Assembly (NCBI GenBank): GCA_964573625.1
Contig: CAZNJU010000001.1
Coordinates: 256,661 to 320,660, forward strand
Source: Candidatus Woesearchaeota archaeon
GTDB lineage: Archaea > Nanobdellota > Nanobdellia > Pacearchaeales > GW2011-AR1
Direction of reading: 5' to 3'
Length of the DNA stretch: 64,000 bases
Part shown: positions 57,218 to 64,000 of the stretch, piece by piece
How positions within the stretch are numbered: the stretch's first letter is position 1
Layout: every line of letters starts with the position of its first letter
The notes under the pieces: generated by a model
Database searches by the model: none
Seen by the model: the letters and a program-made list of their open reading frames with translations, nothing else
Told to the model about the DNA's origin: nothing
Position numbers and translations under genes: made by a program

Positions 57218-57314
57218 GCGCGGTTAGTTTAATGGCAAAACATCTGGTTTCCAAAATCGCTCTCTAAGCACTTGAAAACACCAGAGGTCACGGGTTCGAT
57301 TCCCGTACCGCGCA
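57218..57314 (+). tRNA. tRNA-Gly(TCC) with 26-nt intron at 37/38 (57254-57279)
   Basis: Stem TCTGG/CCAGA; BHB-like motif with TTTC/GAAA central helix and CAA/ACA bulges. Confidence 0.85.
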
Positions 57315-57345
57315 GTTTACTCTTCGAGCATAATTCACAGATTAT

Positions 57346-57897
57346 CTAAGCAGTCTTCTTCCGATTTGAAATTGATAAGATTATCAGCAAGGCAAATGCG
57401 CTCAAAGCCATAACAGGAATAGTAATGTAGCCATATGTAAGGACAAACACTTTAGAGCAGGATGCCGAATAATTTCCGACAGCAGAACAAGGGATATTTA
57501 TCAGAGGTTTTGGAGCTGCTTGTATATAATAGTGAAACAGAGAAATGGCTCCGCCAATTATGGACAAAGGCAAACTATATTTCCAAATCTCTTTTTTGTC
57601 TTTTGTTATGAAAGCAGTCAAAAATAAGAAAACCTGAGAATACATGAAAATTCGCTCATACCAACATAATCTGCACGGTTCATAATGCAATATATCAGAG
57701 AAGTACAAGCTTCCAAGCATCGAAGTTAGGGCAATAATAAATGCAAAGAAAACAGCTCGATTACCTACCCACTTGAATAGAAACGAACGACTTTCAATCA
57801 TCTTTAGTTTCAATCCAATGCTTTCTAAAACATACAGTACTATGATTATGTCACTTAAAATGGTAAGAATGGAAAGAGCATTGGTTACTGCAGTCAT
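57346..57897 (-). CDS. Disulfide bond formation protein DsbB/BdbC family
   Basis: GSLYFS, EPCRLCWYERIFMY, second Cys pair, ITIPVMAL. Confidence 0.9.
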   Translation of the reverse strand: MTAVTNALSILTILSDIIIVLYVLESIGLKLKMIESRSFLFKWVGNRAVFFAFIIALTSMLGSLYFSDILHYEPCRLCWYERIFMYSQVFLFLTAFITKDKKEIWKYSLPLSIIGGAISLFHYYIQAAPKPLINIPCSAVGNYSASCSKVFVLTYGYITIPVMALSAFALLIILSISNRKKTA

Positions 57898-58073
57898 AAC
57901 TCCTAGAAATAATTAGAATATATAAGGTATTCGATGAAGAAAGCGTTATATGTCTATTCTTTAAATGACCTAAATTTGCTCAAGAGGAGCAACAACTAAT
58001 AGAGTCAGAGCAATATAGGTATCGAAGAAAGAATTTATAAACAAACTTTCGGACACGTTATTATCGCTATACT

Positions 58074-58964
58074 ATGACAGAACAACATCACCAACGTAAG
58101 AGAAACTGGTACGATAAGTCATACAAACTTTTACTTATTGCACCGGCTGTATTGTTCACACTATCTATTATTTACTTAGTTCATTTCTATGGGGTCAATG
58201 GAGACATTATCTACAAAGACGTATCTATAACGGGAGGGACGACAATAACGGTATACAATGAGGCAAATATCAAAGACGTTGAAAATGCCCTTAAATCAGA
58301 ATTTTCAGATATTGTTGTAAACGGTATTTCTGACTTGAGGACTGGAAAACAACTTGGCTTTTTCGTTGAGACGTCAGCAGGTGTAGATCAAGTTAAGGCC
58401 GCGCTTGAGAAATATCTCGGATATACTTTGACTCCTAAGAATTCCTCCATCGAATTTACAGGATCAGCACTATCGTCAAGTTTCTACCAGCAATTACGAT
58501 TTGCAGTCATTATTTCATTTGTATTGATGGCTATCGTAGTCTTTATCATTTTTAGAACTCCTATTAGAAGTCTCTCCATTATTATCGCAGGACTTGCAGA
58601 CATACTCATGACTATTGTAGTTATAGATATTTTACACATTCGTCTTTCAACGGCAGGTATTGTTGCACTCCTCATGCTTATCGGTTATTCAGTAGATGCA
58701 GATATTTTACTTACAACAAGAGTTGTGAAACATAAAGAGGGTACTCTCAATCATAGAATTTATGGAGCATTTAAAACAGGAATAACGATGACCCTGACAG
58801 CAATCGCTGCTGTTGCGGTCGCGCTCCTCATGACTCATTCAATCTCATCAGTTCTGTCACAAATGTTCACGATAATTCTTATCGGCTTAGGATTTGATAT
58901 ATTCAACTGTTGGGTAACGAACGCATCTCTCTTAAAATGGTACGGGGAGGCTAGGAGCATATGA
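58074..58964 (+). CDS. secF: Protein translocase subunit SecF
   Basis: ITGGT, LMLIGYSVDADILLTTR. Confidence 0.92.
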   Translation: MTEQHHQRKRNWYDKSYKLLLIAPAVLFTLSIIYLVHFYGVNGDIIYKDVSITGGTTITVYNEANIKDVENALKSEFSDIVVNGISDLRTGKQLGFFVETSAGVDQVKAALEKYLGYTLTPKNSSIEFTGSALSSSFYQQLRFAVIISFVLMAIVVFIIFRTPIRSLSIIIAGLADILMTIVVIDILHIRLSTAGIVALLMLIGYSVDADILLTTRVVKHKEGTLNHRIYGAFKTGITMTLTAIAAVAVALLMTHSISSVLSQMFTIILIGLGFDIFNCWVTNASLLKWYGEARSI

Positions 58965-60484
58965 AAATTACTTTTAGAGTCTGGATACTTATAATTGCCC
59001 TCATATTTTCATTACTCGCTATTCGACCTTCATTTGAATCTGGAGTGCTTGTAAAGTCCATAGATCGCAATTCAGAGTTGTTCACTCAAGGCATACGCCA
59101 AGGAGATATAATTAAAGAGATAAATGGTCAACCGGTGACAGACATTCAATCATATGCATCTGCCATGGACTATCTTTCTAACATTACTTCGCCTACTCGT
59201 GTTGACATCACTACTAAAAATTCAGAGTATCTAGCCTTCTTAAACCAGACTCCTGATTTAGTTGTCCAGAAAGTTCCCCGAACGCGTCTCAAAACAGGTC
59301 TTGACATCCAAGGAGGAGCCCGCGCGCTTGTCAAACCAGAAGCACAAATTACAGACGCTCAACTACAGGACCTTATAGATGTGAGCAATAATAGATTCAA
59401 CGTTTTCGGAATTTCAGATGTTAAAATTCGTGCGGTGACGGATCTCGCAGGAGACAAGTTCATGCTTGTCGAAGTTGCAGGCGCAACACCTTCAGATCTA
59501 CAAGATCTCATAGCAAAGCAAGGGAAATTTGAAGCAAAAATAGGCAACAAGACAGTATTTCAGGGGGGGAATGAAGATATCACTTCAGTATGTAGAAACG
59601 ACGCAAGTTGTGCAGGCATTCGTCAATGTTTCCAGTCTCAGACAGGTTATACATGTACGTTTGCATTTACAATCTATTTGAGCGAGACCGCCGCAAAGAG
59701 ACATGCAGAGATAACTAAGAATGAGGAGTTAGACATTGCAAGTGGAGGATTATATCTCAAGAATAATTTAACGCTTGTGCTCGATGGAGTTTCCGTAGAA
59801 GAATTACTAATTAATCGTGATTTAAAGGGACAGGTAGCCACGCAAATTTCAATTCAAGGTTCGGGACAGGGTAAAACCCAACAAGAGGCATTTGATGACG
59901 CAAAGCAATCAATGCATAAACTACAGACTATTCTGATAACCGGCAGCATACCTTACAAGCTCGAGATAGTCAAATTGGATACGATCTCTCCTTTACTCGG
60001 TGAGCAATTTATTAAAACAATTATTCTAACCGGTCTCGCAGCAATTACTGCAGTAGGGATTATTGTATTTGTGCGTTACAGAAAAATAAAAGAATCATTT
60101 GCAGTGTTATTCACTTCATTCTCTGAAATTGTCATCATCTTGGGAGTTGCAGCATTAATTGGCTGGAACCTTGATCTTGCGTCCATCGCAGGTATTCTTG
60201 CAACTATTGGAACAGGGGTCGATCAGCAAATAATTATTTTGGATGAAGCTCGAAGAGGTGCAGAATCATCATTGCGCCAGAAAATGAAGCACGCTATCTT
60301 TATTGTTATGTCGGCATACGCTACTTCACTCGTTTCACTATTGCCATTATATTGGGCAGGCGCAGGATTGTTTAAGGGATTCGCTATAACTTCCATTATT
60401 GGGATCACTGCAGGAGTATTCATCAGTAGACCTGCCTTTGCAGATATGATCAAAGGTCTTGAAGAAAAGGAGCAAACTAAATAA
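58961..60484 (+). CDS. secD: Protein translocase subunit SecD (with PDZ-like insert)
   Basis: GLDIQGG, IGTGVDQQIII, GFAITSIIG. Confidence 0.92.
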   Translation: MKITFRVWILIIALIFSLLAIRPSFESGVLVKSIDRNSELFTQGIRQGDIIKEINGQPVTDIQSYASAMDYLSNITSPTRVDITTKNSEYLAFLNQTPDLVVQKVPRTRLKTGLDIQGGARALVKPEAQITDAQLQDLIDVSNNRFNVFGISDVKIRAVTDLAGDKFMLVEVAGATPSDLQDLIAKQGKFEAKIGNKTVFQGGNEDITSVCRNDASCAGIRQCFQSQTGYTCTFAFTIYLSETAAKRHAEITKNEELDIASGGLYLKNNLTLVLDGVSVEELLINRDLKGQVATQISIQGSGQGKTQQEAFDDAKQSMHKLQTILITGSIPYKLEIVKLDTISPLLGEQFIKTIILTGLAAITAVGIIVFVRYRKIKESFAVLFTSFSEIVIILGVAALIGWNLDLASIAGILATIGTGVDQQIIILDEARRGAESSLRQKMKHAIFIVMSAYATSLVSLLPLYWAGAGLFKGFAITSIIGITAGVFISRPAFADMIKGLEEKEQTK

Positions 60485-60485
60485 T

Positions 60486-60923
60486 ATGCTCCCACGATGG
60501 CACATTCTGCTCGGCGGAGTTTTCACACTTGTTATTTGGCTTGTTGCTCCAACCATCAATATATTTTATCTTTTGCTCGTTTTCCTCTCTTCTTTCCTCA
60601 TTGATTTTGACCACTATGTTAACGCAGCCATAAGAAATAAGAAACTATCTCTAAGTCAGGCTTTTGAATATCATCGAGAGCTAGAAAAGAAAGAAAAGCG
60701 CGAGCAAAAACAGGGTATTTTCGTTAAAGGAGATTTTCATCTCTTCCACACTGTCGAATTTCACATTCTTATTGGAATTTTGTCCTTCTTCTGGGCACCA
60801 TTCTTCTATATCTTTATAGGGATGATATTTCATTCATTGCTTGACGTTGCGTCATTACTTTATGTTGGAAGATTTTACAGAAGAGACTATTTCTTCTTCA
60901 ATTGGTTATTTAATAAATTCTAA
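60486..60923 (+). CDS. Membrane-bound metal-dependent hydrolase-like protein
   Basis: H, IDFDH, FHT, HSLLD motifs. Confidence 0.6.
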   Translation: MLPRWHILLGGVFTLVIWLVAPTINIFYLLLVFLSSFLIDFDHYVNAAIRNKKLSLSQAFEYHRELEKKEKREQKQGIFVKGDFHLFHTVEFHILIGILSFFWAPFFYIFIGMIFHSLLDVASLLYVGRFYRRDYFFFNWLFNKF

Positions 60924-61195
60924 AGAAAACTTACAACGCCTTTAGCGATAAGCAAGAACGTACACATCCAGATCAGAAAGCTTGGCAAAGTAAAAACTAA
61001 TGAAAGGAGCAATGATAGTGATGCGACAAGATCTATTATGCTCAGCATATCTCCTGAAAGAATAAATAATCCTTTAAGGAAAAGCAAGCCAGCGCAAAAA
61101 AGAACCAATCCCAAAAAAGGATGAATTTGAAATATCAATGTCAGAAGCGTAGCTCCCGCAATTAAATCAATGAGTCCGAGTATTCTAACGAGCAT
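60920..61195 (-). CDS. Small membrane protein
   Basis: Hydrophobic ORF with repeated IDL...LxKG units. Confidence 0.6.
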   Translation of the reverse strand: MLVRILGLIDLIAGATLLTLIFQIHPFLGLVLFCAGLLFLKGLFILSGDMLSIIDLVASLSLLLSLVFTLPSFLIWMCTFLLIAKGVVSFL

Positions 61196-61265
61196 ACAAT
61201 CTGGAATATCGGCATTATAAAAGCTTTATTAGAAACGTTTAACTACTTATTTGCGATCTCTCGAT

Positions 61266-63044
61266 ATGGAAAGTACATCGGCAAAAAAAAGCTGGTACGA
61301 TCGAGCAATCGACTTTGCTTTTTCATCTGATCCTCGTAGATATCTTATTTTATTCATAATATTAGGATTTATGCTGCGTCTCATCGTGGCTAACAATGTA
61401 GCCCCTCTAGCCGATGAAATGATTCACGGAACAAATGCAATAAACATCATTAGTTCCGGCGTAATTAATGCACAAAACGAAGCTCCGGCATGGCTTTATC
61501 TAACTGACATTTTTTATCGTATTTTCGGAGTGCATTCTTTTTCGGCACGGTTTCTGTCAATACTTTTTGGAACTTTGACGATTTTAGTAGTATACTTATT
61601 GGGCAAACAACTATTCAATGAAAAAATAGGTCTAACAGCCGCATTCCTTATGGCTATATCTGCCTATTACATTCGTTACACTCTTATGGAAATGGATCAG
61701 GCCATGATGTTTTTCGTCCTTCTCGCACTATATTATTTTCTGAAAGAAATTGAAGCACATAAAAAAATACCTTACATCAGCGGAATTCTAATGGGAATTG
61801 CGCTCCTTATCAAGCCCATAACGCTTCCATTTATTGTTTCGTTCGGAGTATGTTTCTTCATAGCTCTCTATAAATCGGGAAACAGAGCAACTTTCTTCAA
61901 CAAAAATAAGATTAGAATTTGCTATGTTCTTCTTACGCTATTCTTGTTTGCAACTCCTATACTATCCTATAACTATATCTTATATCATCAAAAAGGAATA
62001 ACTGACGTCATATTCTCTCGTTTCCTAGGAATCAATCAAGATATTTACGCCGGCTTGCAAGGATATGACAAATCTTTTGTACTGAGTGAAGTTGTTTCGT
62101 TAGGTATTCCTGCACTGTTTAATGCGTATTGGAGTCTAGATCCTGCTATTTTTATCTTAGGTCTTCTTGGACTCGTTTTATTAATCACAACAACAAAATA
62201 TCGCAAAGCACGTATTCTGCTATGGTTCAATATAGTTCCATTAATTTTTCTGCTTGGAACGTCATTGCTCCAAACACATCTTTCTGTTTTTGTTCCTACA
62301 TTCTGTCTCCTCGCAGCATTTTTCATAGTAGGTACTACAGATTACTTTTCATCAGGAGAGAATATGAAAAAACTAATGTATGGGCTATTGATATTAGTGT
62401 TAATAGTCAATATCTATCTCCTTCTCCCAAACCTTACGAGCAAGGCCGCAATGTTTAAGTTACGAGACTATTCGATAAACAACATCGGGACAAACGACTT
62501 AGTGGTAGTCGATTCACGAGTTTACAGAGGGAGAATAGCCTGGACGTTAAACGATAAAGCCTATTTAGAGTCTACAAATCTTCAAGAATTACTCGAGCTT
62601 AATGAGAACCTATCGGGTGCAAAAATCCCCACGATTATTTATTTCGTCGAATGCGTTTCTGATGATTGTGGTTGGGGAACTATCAAAGATCAGCAAGAGT
62701 TCAATAAAAGCATGGAAGGAATTGTAGGCCTCTTCAAACAATCAAGTCAGGAAATTGTAACGTTCAATGGAGGAGGAGGATACGATGAGGAAACAGGAAA
62801 ACCTACTCTCCGCGTCTATAAAGGAATGATTAGCCTCAATCCTTCAGTGTTGCAAGCAGTATACAGTACACACGATTGGTTCTATTATCCTGTACGCTGG
62901 GAGAAGGGAGATTGGTACGACAAATACGTTCCAGAAGGATTTTTCCAAACAGTCTTTAATTTAATTGGAAAGTTATTCTTATGGCTCGCCATCATTCTCT
63001 CATTCGTTTATGCCTATAAGGTGTTCAAGGAAACGTTTAGTTAA
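61266..63044 (+). CDS. GT-C fold glycosyltransferase (PMT/ArnT, family 39-like)
   Basis: ADE motif after TM1, ARFLSILFG, multiple TMs. Confidence 0.85.
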   Translation: MESTSAKKSWYDRAIDFAFSSDPRRYLILFIILGFMLRLIVANNVAPLADEMIHGTNAINIISSGVINAQNEAPAWLYLTDIFYRIFGVHSFSARFLSILFGTLTILVVYLLGKQLFNEKIGLTAAFLMAISAYYIRYTLMEMDQAMMFFVLLALYYFLKEIEAHKKIPYISGILMGIALLIKPITLPFIVSFGVCFFIALYKSGNRATFFNKNKIRICYVLLTLFLFATPILSYNYILYHQKGITDVIFSRFLGINQDIYAGLQGYDKSFVLSEVVSLGIPALFNAYWSLDPAIFILGLLGLVLLITTTKYRKARILLWFNIVPLIFLLGTSLLQTHLSVFVPTFCLLAAFFIVGTTDYFSSGENMKKLMYGLLILVLIVNIYLLLPNLTSKAAMFKLRDYSINNIGTNDLVVVDSRVYRGRIAWTLNDKAYLESTNLQELLELNENLSGAKIPTIIYFVECVSDDCGWGTIKDQQEFNKSMEGIVGLFKQSSQEIVTFNGGGGYDEETGKPTLRVYKGMISLNPSVLQAVYSTHDWFYYPVRWEKGDWYDKYVPEGFFQTVFNLIGKLFLWLAIILSFVYAYKVFKETFS

Positions 63045-64000
63045 TCAACAATTTTATACGTATCAAAATAGTCTCTAGCTTTTTTCCACTCTTCAACAGG
63101 CTTTTGTTGGATTATTAAATTAGCCACAACACGAGCCATATCCAGACAATGATCAGCATTATTATAGTTAAAAAGACCTAACCTTCCAACACTATACAAA
63201 TTTGAAATATCATCGAGAGAATCAAATACTTCTGCTAATCTTTTCTTACAGTCTATAGAATAAACGGGATATACTCTTCCCGCGCGCCGGGTTATAAACT
63301 CATACACCTCATTTTCCTTGATAAGTCCTGCCTTTTCAAGATCTTTTACGACACGTGAGCGTATTTCTTCGTCGGAAGCAGCATATGTGCTATCTCCAAA
63401 ATCACAGGTTATTTCAGCAGTGAGTACGGTCTTGTCATCCGGACAAGTCATAGCGCTAAAGCTCTTCTGTTCAGCTACACGATTAAAACAAAATTCCTTT
63501 TCAGGGAAGAAAATCCAATTATCTTTCAATGCGATTTTCTTATTAAGGAAGACATAGGCAATAACCAGTGATCTAAACTTCAAGCTCTTTGCAGCATCAA
63601 TAGTTAATTTTGAAACAGAAGGTGAAATCAGGCTAGGTAATTCGGTTATTGCTAATGAAGAGATAAGCACATCACAAGACAATTTCTTTTTCTGTTTTCC
63701 TTGTGTAATTTCGATAGACTTAACTTGCCCCTTAGAAACAAGTATCTTGGAAGGAACTGTGGAAAGAAGGATTTTTCCTTTTTTTGCGATGATTTTATTT
63801 GCCAGCTTATCACACATTACCCCATATCCTTTCGTAGGATAAAGAAACGTTTCTGCGCTGACACTTTTCTTATTTTTAACAAGAGCGGTTTTTAACACAT
63901 CAAATATATTACTCACAGGAGATCTTCTTTGAGCAAGTTCGACGCTCAATTCTCTAGGGTTGCCCCAAACTTTCTCGGCAAAACCCTTAAAGATGATTTC
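63041..64000 (-). CDS. FAD-dependent oxidoreductase (HemY/UDP-galactopyranose mutase-like), 5' end outside window
   Basis: FLYPTKGYG, DNWIFFPE, YPVY, GRLGLFNYNNADH. Confidence 0.75.
   Translation of the reverse strand, partial: EIIFKGFAEKVWGNPRELSVELAQRRSPVSNIFDVLKTALVKNKKSVSAETFLYPTKGYGVMCDKLANKIIAKKGKILLSTVPSKILVSKGQVKSIEITQGKQKKKLSCDVLISSLAITELPSLISPSVSKLTIDAAKSLKFRSLVIAYVFLNKKIALKDNWIFFPEKEFCFNRVAEQKSFSAMTCPDDKTVLTAEITCDFGDSTYAASDEEIRSRVVKDLEKAGLIKENEVYEFITRRAGRVYPVYSIDCKKRLAEVFDSLDDISNLYSVGRLGLFNYNNADHCLDMARVVANLIIQQKPVEEWKKARDYFDTYKIVD

Overview
Archaeal chromosomal DNA with a DPANN-type gene set, most likely Pacearchaeota or Woesearchaeota (inferred from gene content). In order, the window holds: a type IV pilus locus with six prepilin-like genes, a TadC-like membrane protein and an assembly ATPase; split Hef/XPF; tyrS; the PolD operon (DP2, DP1) with cdc6 and an ORB-flanked AT-rich origin at about 25.8-26.0 kb; Lhr with its phosphoesterase; an accessory region at about 30-44 kb; xerA; a ribosomal protein/RNA polymerase cluster; a MacB-type ABC transporter; a stand-alone 5S rRNA; four tRNAs, one with an intron; secF/secD; and glycosylation genes. 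The most unusual stretch is 31.9-35.5 kb. Two convergent coiled-coil/winged-helix genes there carry ORB-like boxes and dense iteron-like repeats inside their own coding sequences. Next to them lie duplicated GCGAAGC hairpin elements, a 28-bp dif-like site with several degenerate arm copies, and an orphan gene that resembles a DGR variable target, including a downstream GNA-loop hairpin. All calls come from reading the sequence and recalling family motifs; no searches were run.
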